The notes beneath the pieces were generated by a model. That model was given only the letters and a program-made list of their open reading frames with translations. It had not been told where the DNA came from and searched no databases. From positions 855,670-919,669 of the forward strand of contig NIVC01000109.1 in assembly GCA_002269645.1 (NCBI GenBank): 64,000 nucleotides of DNA, given 5' to 3'. The stretch is from Macrostomum lignano (taxonomy: Eukaryota). A program made the translations under genes and the position numbers. This document shows, piece by piece, positions 26,501 to 40,179 of this stretch (position 1 is its first letter; the number at the start of each line of letters is the position of its first letter).

Positions 26501-28310
26501 CTTTAGCACCAAGGGGCTTTAGCACCAAGGGGCTTTAGCACCAAGGGGCGGGGCTTTAGCACCAAGGGGCTTTAGCACCAAGGGGCTTTAGCACCAAGGG
26601 GCTTTAGCACCAAGGGGCTTTAGCACCAAGGGGCTTTAGCACCAAGGGGCTTTAGCACCAAGGGGCTTTAGCACCAAGGGGCTTTAGCACCAAGGGGCTT
26701 TAGCACCAAGGGGCTTTAGCACCAAGGGGCTTTAGCACCAAGGGGCTTTAGCACCAAGGGGCTTTAGCACCAAGGGGCTTTAGCACCAAGGGGCTTTAGC
26801 ACCAAGGGGCTTTAGCACCAAGGGGCTTTAGCACCAAGGGGCTTTAGCACCAAGGGCTTTAGCACCAAGGGGCTTTAGCACCAAGGGGCTTTAGCACCAA
26901 GGGGCTTTAGCACCAAGGGGCTTTAGCACCAAGGGGCTTTAGCACCAAGGGGCTTTAGCACCAAGGGGCTTTAGCACCAAGGGGCTTTAGCACCAAGGGG
27001 CTTTAGCACCAAGGGGCTTTAGCACCAAGGGGCTTTAGCACCAAGGGGCTTTAGCACCAAGGGGCTTTAGCACCAAGGGGCTTTAGCACCAAGGGGCTTT
27101 AGCACCAAGGGGCTTTAGCACCAAGGGGCTTTAGCACCAAGGGGCTTTAGCACCAAGGGGCTTTAGCACCAAGGGGCTTTAGCACCAAGGGGCTTTAGCA
27201 CCAAGGGGCTTTAGCACCAAGGGGCTTTAGCACCAAGGGGCTTTAGCACCAAGGGGCTTTAGCACCAAGGGGCTTTAGCACCAAGGGGCTTTAGCACCAA
27301 GGGGCTTTAGCACCAAGGGGCTTTAGCACCAAGGGGCTTTAGCACCAAGGGGCTTTAGCACCAAGGGGCTTTAGCACCAAGGGGCTTTAGCACCAAGGGG
27401 CTTTAGCACCAAGGGGCTTTAGCACCAAGGGGCTTTAGCACCAAGGGGCTTTAGCACCAAGGGGCTTTAGCACCAAGGGGCTTTAGCACCAAGGGGCTTT
27501 AGCACCAAGGGGCTTTAGCACCAAGGGGCTTTAGCACCAAGGGGCTTTAGCACCAAGGGGCTTTAGCACCAAGGGGCTTTAGCACCAAGGGGCTTTAGCA
27601 CCAAGGGGCTTTAGCACCAAGGGGCTTTAGCACCAAGGGGCTTTAGCACCAAGGGGCTTTAGCACCAAGGGGCTTTAGCACCAAGCTTTAGAACCAAGGG
27701 GCTTTAGAACCAAGGGGCTTTAGCACCAAGGGGCTTTAGCACCAAGGGGCTTTAGCACCAAGGGGCTTTAGCACCAAGGGGCTTTAGCACCAAGGGGCTT
27801 TAGCACCAAGGGGCTTTAGCACCAAGGGCTTTAGCACCAAGGGGCTTTAGCACCAAGGGGCTTTAGCACCAAGGGGCTTTAGCACCAAGGGGCTTTAGCA
27901 CCAAGGGGCTTTAGCACCAAGGGGCTTTAGCACCAAGGGGCTTTAGCACCAAGGGGCTTTAGCACCAAGGGGCTTTAGCACCAAGGGGCTTTAGCACCAA
28001 GGGGCTTTAGCACCAAGGGGCTTTAGCACCAAGGGGCTTTAGCACCAAGGGGCTTTAGCACCAAGGGGCACCAAGGGGCTTTAGCCAAGGGGCTTTAGCA
28101 CCAAGGGGCTTTAGCACCAAGGGGCTTTAGCACCAAGGGGCTTTAGCACCAAGGGGCTTTAGCACCAAGGGGCTTTAGCACCAAGGGGCTTTAGCACCAA
28201 GGGGCTTTAGCACCAAGGGGCTTTAGCACCAAGGGGCTTTAGCACCAAGGGGCTTTAGCACCAGAGGCTTTAGCACCAGAGCACCAGAGGGCTTTAGCAC
28301 CAGAGGCGCC
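23600..28310. repeat. 4.7-kb homogeneous 16-bp satellite (ggggctttagcaccaa)n
   Basis: Near-perfect core, variant units at both edges. Confidence 0.98.
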
Positions 28311-28884
28311 AGCACATTACTAAAACTAATATCCGATTCAGTCAGTATTTTATCAAGGACGACCAAAGTAGTGTATATATTAAGTAGTCCTTGTATTTAT
28401 GTGAAATATTTTTATAATTCTATAAGAATGCCTTCTGCTCCCAGGTGTCTGACTGCATCTCTGCCCAAATATAGTTCTTGATTACACTACACTATTGACT
28501 TTCTATTGTATTATGTATGCCAATTGCAATGGCTCTGAATGCATTGCGAACATGTGCACCAGTTTCCCATTGCACTCCTCGCATCTCCCTCATCTCCAGC
28601 CTGGCATGTCATTACCTGCTCCATCTCTTCCCTCCCGCTCTCCCAATTATTCTGTGTCAATCATGCGTCACAGGGTGTCTGCCATGCTGAGCGCAAAGGC
28701 AATTCTGTACACCAAAGAAAGCTACTCACTGCTCCAGGGCCGCCAGCCTTGAGTTAAATTTAGATCTGCTGTAGAGAAGTGCATTTTTGGTGGATTTTTT
28801 TCAACTAAAAGCAACTTAAAGTCTGCGGAGCCTGCTTGAAAATCTGTGCTCAACACACTGTCCATCTGCATCTATAAGTTCCTC

Positions 28885-30625
28885 TAATCATTTCCCTAAT
28901 CAGTTCCCTTAATTAGTTCCCCTAATCAGTTCCTCTAATCAGTTCCCCTAATCACCCATAATCAGTTCCCTTAATCACCCCTAATCAGTTCCCCTAATCA
29001 CCCCTAATCAGTTCCCCTAATCACCCCTAATCAGTTCCCTTAATCACCCCTAATCAGTTCCCCTAATCACCCCTAATCAGTTCCCCTAATCACCCCTAAT
29101 CAGTTCCCCTAATCACCCCTAATCAGTTCCCTAATCATTCCTCTAATCAGTTCCCATAATCAGTTCCCCTAATCATTTCCCTAATCACCCCTAATCATTT
29201 CCCTAATCAGTTCCCCTAATCATTTCCCTAATCACCCCTAATCATTTCCCTAATCAGTTCCCCTAATCATTTCCTCTTATGTGCAGTTCCCCTTATCAGT
29301 TCCCCTTATCAGTTCCCCTTATCAGTTCCCCTAATCATTTCCCTAATCAGTTCCCCTAATCAGTTCCCCTAATCACCCCTAATCAGTTCCCCTAATCACC
29401 CCTAATCAGTTCCCCTAATCACCCCTAATCAGTTCCCTAATCATTCCTCTAATCAGTTCCCCTAATCAGTTCCCCTAATCATTTCCCTAATCACCCCTAA
29501 TCATTTCCCTAATCACCCCTAATCATTTCCCTAATCAGTTCCCCTAATCATTTCCCTAATCACCCCTAATCATTTCCCTAATCAGTTCCCCTAATAATTT
29601 CCTCTTATGTGCAGTTCCCCTTATCAGTTCCCCTAATCATTTCCCTAATCAGTTCCCCTAATCATTTACCTAATCAGTTCCCCTAATCATTTCCCTAATC
29701 AGTTCCTCTAATCAGTTCCTCTTATCTGCAGTTCCCCTTATTAGTTCCCCTAATCAGTTCCCCTAATCAGTTTCCCTAATCAGTTCCCCTAATCAGTTCC
29801 CCTAATCAGTTCCCCTAATCAGTTCCCCTAATCAGTTTCCCTAATCAGTTCCCCTAATCAGTTCCCCTAATCAGTTCCCCTAATCAGTTCCCCTAATCAG
29901 TTCCCCTAATCAGTTCCCCTAATCAGTTCCCCTAATCAGTTCCCCTAATCAGTTCCCCTAATCAGTTTCCCTAATCAGTTCCCCTAATAATTTCCTCTTA
30001 TGTGCAGTTCCCCTTATCAGTTCCCCTAATCATTTCCCTAATCAGTTCCCCTAATCATTTACCTAATCAGTTCCCCTAATCATTTCCCTAATCAGTTCCT
30101 CTAATCAGTTCCTCTTATCTGCAGTTCCCCTTATTAGTTCCCCTAATCACCCCTAATCATTTCCCTAATCAGTTCCCCTAATAATTTCCTCTTATGTGCA
30201 GTTCCCCTTATCAGTTCCCCTAATCATTTCCCTAATCAGTTCCCCTAATCATTTACCTAATCAGTTCCCCTAATCATTTCCCTAATCAGTTCCTCTAATC
30301 AGTTCCTCTTATCTGCAGTTCCCCTTATTAGTTCCCCTTATCAGTTCCCCTAATCATTTCCCTAATCAGTTCCCCTAATCATTTACCTAATCAGTTCCCC
30401 TAATCATTTCCCTAATCAGTTCCTCTAATCAGTTCCTCTTATCTGCAGTTCCCCTTATTAGTTCCCCTAATTAGTTCCCCTAATCAGTTTCCCTAATCAG
30501 TTCGCCTAATCAGTTCCCCTAATTAGTTCCCCTAATCAGTTCCCCTAATCAGTTTCCCTAATCAGTTCCCCTAATCAGTTCCCCTAACTAGTTCCCCTAA
30601 TCAGTTCCCCTAATCGTTCCCCAAA
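28885..30625. repeat. ~13-bp satellite (cccctaatcagtt) containing the telomere hexamer CCCTAA
   Basis: Tandem copies with recurring variant blocks. Confidence 0.95.
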
Positions 30626-30976
30626 TCAGTCCCAATAACCTAGCTACAGCGGAAGCTATCAGAACTGCTCAACTGAGTTTTGCAACCGCCATTGAGCAGG
30701 TTAGGCTGGTGCAAGAACTGCCAGTCTGCCTCTCTGGCAGAAATGCCTGCATAAAACAGCCTCAGTTGTCCACCAACGCAGCAGGGAGTCGGCAGTCGCC
30801 ACCCCCACTGCAGGCTGCAGTTGAACTCTACGAAATCTATTGCAATGCTCATGAAACAGCTCAGTAATAATAATTCAGTTTTCCAAGCCAAAAATCCCTA
30901 TTTAATCCAATCATGGGCTTTGACAGAGAGCCACTCTCCATTTCCGTTGCTTGTCCCTCTCTGCTGCTTTCCCCTT

Positions 30977-31010
<34 letters not shown>

Positions 31011-31304
31011 CATTGTCTCCCCGCTCTCTCCGCCAGCGTCTCTCCCCAATGCTTTCTTGTTTTAAATTCAGCAGCCATTTGTCACAGAAGCGTCGAGGCA
31101 ACAACGGAAGGCAGAAGAGGCCCCGCAGCAATCTGAATCAAAACTGAAGTAAAGCCGGAAAAACGAAGAACTCCAGGTGAGCCGGACAGCTGCAGGTAGA
31201 TGTAGAGGTGCTGGACAGAAAATTATTGGCTGAAATCTAATAGACTCTCTAGATACAGTTGCATCAACTAAAGACAAATCCTATAGTACTAACACAAATC
31301 GACA

Positions 31305-31750
31305 GACACAATGAGTAAATCTACAGACACAGTGAGTAAATCTACAGACACAATGAGTAAATCTACAGACACAATGAGTAAATCTACAGACACAATGAGT
31401 AAATCTACAGACACAGTGAGTAAATCTACAGTCAAAATGAGCAAATCTACAGACACAATGAGTAAATCTACAGACACAATGAGTAAATCTACAGACACAA
31501 TGAGCAAATCTACAGACACAATGAGTAAATCTACAGACACAATGAGTAAATCTACAGACACTGTGAGTAAATCTACAGTCAAAATGAGCAAATCTACAGA
31601 CACAATGAGTAAATCTACAGACACAATGAGTAAATCTGCAGACACAATGAGTAAATCTACAGACACAATGAGTAAATCTACAGACACAATGAGTAAATCT
31701 ACAGACACAGTGAGTAAATCTACAGACACAGTGAATAAATCTACAGACAC
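31305..31750. repeat. 21-bp minisatellite (acacaatgagtaaatctacag) upstream of the glycosyltransferase
   Basis: Tandem copies; source of the MSKSTDT and VSVDLLI ORFs. Confidence 0.95.
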
Positions 31751-31840
31751 ATCAGGCCGGTGCTCCACCAGAATCCGCCACGCCCTCCCCATCCCCAACC
31801 GCAGGCGCTCCTGCAGTGACCGCGCGCCCCAGCCGCCGAC

Positions 31841-34800
31841 ATGCGCCTCTTCCGCTGCCTGCGCCGCGGCTCGGGCTGCTCTCCTCTGCTCTCATTGCTG
31901 CTGCTGCTGCTGCTGTTGCTATTCGTGTACTCGGTCGGCCGGGGCTGGATCTACTTCACCTGGGAGGAGCCGGCCTGGCTGCAGCTCACCGGAGACCCCC
32001 AAATTGACGCGAGAATCCGCCAGCTGGCCGCAGCAAGCCGGCCTCGCCGACTGAATTTGAGCAGCCGATGCGACGGCCGGATACCGCTGCTGCTGCACCA
32101 GATCTACACCAGCGACAGCGTGCCAGAGCTGTACAGGCACTCCATCGCCTCCTGCATTCGTCGGCATCCGGACTTTGTCTACGTGCTCTGGACAGATACT
32201 GAGGCGAGAAGATTTGTAGCGGCAAACTACCCGGCCTACCTGGCCATGTTCGACGGATACAAGAACACCTTGCAGAGATCCGATGCCCTGCGCTACTTCA
32301 TTCTGTACCACTTTGGAGGTGACGGCACTGAATTCTAGGGCTGACAGCTTCCTGTACCCACAAGGGATTTCCTACAGGGGATTTCCCCCAATGGGTTTCC
32401 CGCAAGGGGTTTCCCGCAAGGGGTTTCCCGCAAGGGGTTTCCCGCAAGGGGTTTCCCGCAAGGGGTTTCCCGCAAGGGGTTTCCCGCAAGGGGTTTCCCG
32501 CAAGGGGTTTCCCGCAAGGGGTTTCCCGCAAGGGGTTTCCCGCAAGGGGTTTCCCGCAAGGGGTTTCCCGCAAGGGGTTTCCCGCAAGGGGTTTCCCGCA
32601 AGGGGTTTCCCGCAAGGGGTTTCCCGCAAGGGGTTTCCCGCAAGGGGTTTCCCGCAAGGGGTTTCCCGCAAGGGGTTTCCCGCAAGGGGTTTCCCGCAAG
32701 GGGTTTCCCGCAAGGGGTTTCCCGCAAGGGGTTTCCCGCAAGGGGTTTCCCGCAAGGGGTTTCCCGCAAGGGGTTTCCCGCAAGGGGTTTCCCGCAAGGG
32801 GTTTCCCGCAAGGGGTTTCCCGCAAGGGGTTTCCCGCAAGGGGTTTCCCGCAAGGGGTTTCCCGCAAGGGGTTTCCCGCAAGGGGTTTCCCGCAAGGGGT
32901 TTCCCGCAAGGGGTTTCCCGCAAGGGGTTTCCCGCAAGGGGTTTCCCGCAAGGGGTTTCCCGCAAGGGGTTTCCCGCAAGGGGTTTCCCGCAAGGGGTTT
33001 CCCGATTTATCAAAAAATATATCCCACAGGGGATTTCCATAGGGATTTCCCTCAGGTTATTGTTAGAGATGATTTCTACAGGGATTTTCCATAGAAGACT
33101 TTGACTTGGATCTTCCTATAGCAATTTATTTTGGCAAGAATTTCCTAAGAGTCCATTTTGCTGCGGCACCAATTATTCCTGGAAATCATAAACTCTACTT
33201 TAGCCGTAGTATTTGAATCAAGCTCTCATTGCATTGGACAACGGGATGGAATATCTCCAGCAACAAAAAATATTGCTGAAAGAGAAAAAGCCAGGAAAAA
33301 TTTCCTGAAAGTCTGAAATTTCTCAGCTATTAATGTCCTGCAGCCCCCCAGCCCTGCCATCTCTGGGCCACTGCAGCTAAATGGGGGCCTGCTTCTCTCG
33401 ACGCATGAAATATTGATGGTATTTTTTTCTAATCCGCAGCAGCATATGGAAGGGGAAAAATTGAGGGGGAAGAAATCCCAAACTATTGTTCCTGAGACGC
33501 TGCTTGCTCCAAAACAATGGCATGCATAAAAATTGCTTGTTGTAGCGGCCATAAATCCAAGTATCAACATTCTATTGTGATATTTGAAATGTACATCTCT
33601 AGTGTGTAATGTTTGGAATGTACATCTCTAGTGTGTAATTTTTGGAATGTACATCTCTAGTGTGTAATGTTTGGAATGTACATCCCTAGTGAGCAGTGAC
33701 TCACTCCCCTAACAACACCGTCAACAGGAGTGTACATCGACATGGATGTACACTGCCTTCAACCGTTCGACACTCTGGTGGCAACAGAGGCCTGCTTCTT
33801 CGATCAGGAGCGCCCAGAGCAGACTCAAATCCTTCACGGCACTGAGTACTCGGTGATGAACTCGGTCATTGGCTGCGTCAAGAAGCACCCGTTTCTAGCA
33901 AAAGTGATTCAGAATTTACCACGAAAGAAGGACGGTAAGTAATGAAATAGCTTTTGAAGTGCTAGCTGAGATATACCTCAGTGGACTGAGAGACTGTCAA
34001 ATGTTCACCTTGGCTTCTCGTTCACCAGTTGACGACATAATCAGTTCAACGGGTCCTCTCTACCTGACACAGCAGTACCAGCAGTACATTGCTGAGGTGC
34101 CAAAATTGGGGAGTCAGCGACTGCGACTACTGAGCCCGAGTGTGTTTTCACCTCTGCTGGACATGTCTGCACTTCTGAACTCCGTCTGCGGTAAGTGCTA
34201 AAGCCAATTAATTAACTACTACAGTAAAACAAAACAACAATAATCGTATGTAATCGCCGCGCTTTGCCCAGAGTCTAAAAATAGCTCGCGTACATTGACA
34301 CCGCACAGTCAGAGATTAATCCACTTTGCCCAGAGTCTAAAAATAGCTCGCGTACATTGACACCGCACAGTCAGAGATTGATCCACTTTGCCCAGAGTCT
34401 AAAAATAGCTCGCGTACATTGACACCGCACAGTCAGAGATTGATCCACTTTGGCCAGAGTCTAAAAATAGCTCGCGTACATTGACACCGCACAGTCAGAG
34501 ATTGATCCACTTTAGCCAGAGTCTAAAAATAGCTCGCGTACATTGACACCGCACAGTCAGAGATTGATCCACTCTGCCCATAGTCTAAAAATAGCTCGGG
34601 TACATCAAGACTAACGCACATTACGGATCTAAAAATAGCACAGCAGATTGAAAGCTGATTTCTTAATGGCTTATTTGATAACGAAAAGAGGGCACTGTGT
34701 ACTTCATAGAATTTTTTATCTGACTTTTATCTCGCCACTGTTTTTTCATCCAATAAAGAACGCCTGCTGAATCCGACAAAAAGACCGGCGGTATTCCACA

Positions 34801-35141
34801 GACTGTATCGCCTTCGACAGCACTACCAGCCTCGGGAACTGAATGACAGGCCGTCAGGCTTTGAGGATCCCATATCTTTGAAGTTGACCGCCTGTAAAAA
34901 GTTCAGCCAGTCTGGCTACAGTCAGCAGGCAGACCAGTGGCTAACCATCGAGACCCTAGGAATTCACCGGTTCCTTCACCTGGGCTACCCGGCGGCAGCT
35001 AACCGGGACCGGCGCCGGCCATTGAAAAGATTCCAAGTTGGCGAACTGCTGCACGGCCGCCCAAATAATGGGGGCGCCGGACCGCTGGCGCCATCGGACC
35101 TGGAGGCCGCGCCGCTGGCTGCCAAAATGTGCTTCGCTTGA
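31841..35141 (+). CDS. GT32-family (DXD, OCH1/alpha-1,4-glycosyltransferase-like) type II Golgi glycosyltransferase, ~409 aa
   Basis: Exons 31841-32318, 33728-33934, 34029-34190, 34759-35141; all phase 1, total 1230 nt. N-terminal TM; RIPLLLHQIY, YVLWTD, RSDALRYFILYHFGGVYIDMDV (DXD), NSVIGCVKKHPFL, STGPLYLT are standard GT32 motifs. Confidence 0.9.
32392..33003. repeat. Perfect 14-bp minisatellite (ttcccgcaaggggt)n in GT32 intron 1
   Basis: About 43 near-identical copies. Confidence 0.97.
34262..34600. repeat. 62-bp tandem repeat, ~5.5 copies, in GT32 intron 3
   Basis: Period 62 (34262 to 34324 and onward). Confidence 0.93.
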
Positions 35142-35149
35142 CTGGGCAG

Positions 35150-36145
35150 GGGTGACTGCTGGCTGCGATGGGGGGTGCGTGACTGCTGGCTGCGATGGGG
35201 GGTGCGTGACTGCTGGCTGCGATGGGGGGTGGTTGACTGCTGGCTGCGATGGGGGGTGGGTGACTGCTGGCTGCGATGGGGGTGCGTGACTGCTGGCTGC
35301 GATGGGGGGTGCGTGACTGCTGGCTGCGATGGGGGGTGGTTGACTGCTGGCTGCGATGGGGGGTGGGTGACTGCTGGCTGCGATGGGGGGGTGGGTGACT
35401 GCTGGCTGCGATGGGGGTGCGTGACTGCTGGCTGCGATGGGGGTGGGTGACTGCTGGTTGCGATGGGGGTGGGTGACTGCTGGCTGCGATGGGGGGTGCG
35501 TGACTGCTGGCTGCGATGGGGGTGGGTGACTGCTGGCTGCGATGGGGGGTGGGTTACTGCTGGTTGCGATGGGGGTGCGTGACTGCTGGCTGCGATGGGG
35601 GGTGGGTGACTTCTGGCTGCGATGGGGGGTGGGTGACTGCTGGTTGCGATGGGGGGTGGGTGACTGCTGGCTGCGATGGGGGTGGGTGACTGCTGGTTGC
35701 GATGGGGGTGCGTGACTGCTGGCTGCGATGGGGGGTGGGTGACTGCTGGTTGCGATGGGGGGTGGGTGACTGCTGGCTGCGATGGGGGGGTGCTGGCTGC
35801 GATGGGGGGTGGGTGACTGCTGGCTGCGATGGGGGGTGGGTGACTGCTTGGCTGCGATGGGGGTGGGGTGGGTGACTGCTGGCTGCGATGGGGGTGGGTG
35901 ACTGCTGGCTGCGATAGGGGGTGGGGGTGGGTGACTGCTGGCTGCGATGGGGGGTGGGTGACTGCTGGCTGCGATGGGGGGTGGGTGACTGCTTGGCTGC
36001 GATGGGGGTGGGGGTGGGTGACTGCTGGCTGCGATGGTGGGTGGGTGACTGCTAGCTGCGATAGGGGGGGGGGTGGGAAACTGCTGGCTGCGATGGGGGT
36101 GGGTGACTGCTGGCTGCGATGGGGGGTTGGGGTGACTGCTGGCTG
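35150..36145. repeat. G-rich ~24-25-bp minisatellite (gggtgactgctggctgcgatggggg) immediately after the GT32 stop codon
   Basis: Tandem copies with variable G-runs. Confidence 0.95.
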
Positions 36146-37489
36146 CCGCTAAGCAGGTCTGCCCCTACATGTATGGGAGAGGGTTAGGTGCCTGACTGTG
36201 GTGAAGGAATCGCCTGTTACTGATGTACATGATCTTAGAAGTGGTGCTTCGAATTTTAGTTTGCAAACTGATTGTATGGACTTGTGTAGGGCTGATTCGA
36301 AACGTGCTTCTTTTTCACTCAGAAGTCTGAATTAGTTTTAATGCTTTTTTCTGTTTTTTACTGCTGATAGAAGTTTAAAAGACACAAAAATGGCTCGGCT
36401 TTGCACATGTTTTATTAAAAAATTCAACAGGGTTGGTGTTCAAATGAAGCTGTTTATCTGCTAAGCTATGTCTACTATATTGCCTTAATAAATATTTGAA
36501 TTATTTTAATTTTCATTAATTAGTTTTACTTTCTCTGCAAAATAAAAATTAAATAATCTGCAAAGCGACACTCAATGGGTAAGCAGATTAATAATTGTTT
36601 TTAATTCCTTCAAGTGACTTATATATAGTCCTTTGTTACGTTTTCGGAATGTGTATTTCTTTACATATTTTACGCAGGACAGACACGGGAACAGCAGCTG
36701 AATGAAATATAAAAGTACAAAAGTTGGTCCAGATTAAAACTTCGACTATAGAATTATAATACATTAGCATAATCTAAAAGTTAAGACTATTGATCAACTC
36801 TTTTCGGCGCTAACATTCCAGTACGAGCTAGTGTCAGCACATCACATTTTATGAGTCAGGCATTCTGTACACAAGAGAGAATAACAAGCAAGCAATAAAT
36901 AATGGGCAGTAGGCTAACAGACTAAAATCACAGATACTAGAATAACTAGATGGGCCACTCAGCACATTTGCGTGTAAACTACTTTCAGTTCAGTAGCTAG
37001 TTTGGCAGAAGCATTTTAATCTATTTTTAAAGCCAAGACTCATTTATTGGCTCTAACCCCCCCCCTCCGGCTTAACCCTCCAACTGCGCCTTTCCACACT
37101 ACCCCGCCGCCCCGCTCCAAGTTTTATTGCCTTTCTCGGAATTCCAGCCTAAAGCTGCCATGTACATTTCAGTGGACTGGCTAATGTACATTATTGCTGA
37201 ACCAATTAGCAAGTTGTTTGTGCGTGCAAGCTTGGGCTTCTAAACTTTATCAGTCGTTATTTTTATATAACAGCTAATGGATTCTTCTTTGCTATTGAAC
37301 TGAAAGTAGAAAGCTGTTTTACAAAGTACATATACCTGAGTGGCCCATCTATTTTAGTATCTAGAATCCATGCAAACAGACAATAATTAGGCTGCAAGCT
37401 TTCCACATTTAAAAGTTTCATTGGTCAATTATTTGCGTGTACAGCTGCTACACGACATCAACGGAGCCCCATCGCTCAGCTTCCATTTT

Positions 37490-39447
<1,958 letters not shown>

Positions 39448-39572
39448 TGTTTTGGCTTTGGTTGTGGAAGATTCTGTCTGACAAAGATCGTAGGGGCCTC
39501 AGGTGAAGACTGCAAGATTAAATAGGAAACGAAAAACGAAAAAAACAGTCGCGTTGCCTTACTGGGAGAATT

Positions 39573-39609
39573 GGAAATCCCCTGTTAGCCAGGGAACTTC
39601 CCTTTTATA
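39573..39609 (-). promoter_or_regulatory. TATA box (TATAAAAG, 39609-39602) with two kappaB-like decamers (39592-39601, 39573-39582) for TNF-like 1
   Basis: Motifs read directly: GGGAACTTCC on + and GGGGATTTCC on -. Function is inferred. Confidence 0.45.
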
Positions 39610-40179
39610 CTGTTTGGCAGATGGGGCTTCTCTTTCTCTGCCCTCTCTCTCTCTCCCTCTCTCTCCCTACTCTCCAGTGTACTGTGCAGCTGCGCACAAG
39701 CACTCGGCAGTGTACACTGAGTCCTGTGCATACAAAATGCATTTGCCACATTGTGCGTGCTTTTCTACAACACAAGGGACTGATAAACAAACAAGGATGT
39801 TGAGAAAATAGGACTGAAGCAGCCAGGTGATAAGCATTTGCCAGAGAGCGAACTTCTGAGTCATGTTTGTGAATTACCAAAACTCATCGAAAGCACACAA
39901 CCTTATTGCAGTCATTGAAAGGTAGTTTTATCAGTGCTTTATTATCTTTTAAACTTGACTGGGGTGGTCACAAGGTGTTTTAAAACAAGGTTATGACTGG
40001 AATAAGTGCAGCGTTCGTCTGCGGTTTTTAGAATCCGGAATGACCTGCTATGACTAAATTTAACACAAATGCATACTATTTTTGGAAATGCTTCAATTTG
40101 GCTACAGGAAGTTAAAGCAGCCAAATGCTACCTCCAGAGGCTGTCCTTAGATTACTGTTTCTACTGCATGTCATGTATC

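Noticed and set aside
30640-31200. Exon-like GC-richer patches with acceptor and donor motifs upstream of GT32
   Set aside because: Frames end in stops and show no recognisable domain; at most 5' UTR exons.
31289-33104. MSKSTDT, VSVDLLI and RETPCGKPLAGNPL repeat ORFs
   Set aside because: Frames through the 21-bp and 14-bp tandem repeats, with no non-repetitive coding context.
36190-36300. Possible C/D snoRNA-like stretch (tgatg...ctga)
   Set aside because: No proper RUGAUGA C box or terminal stem.
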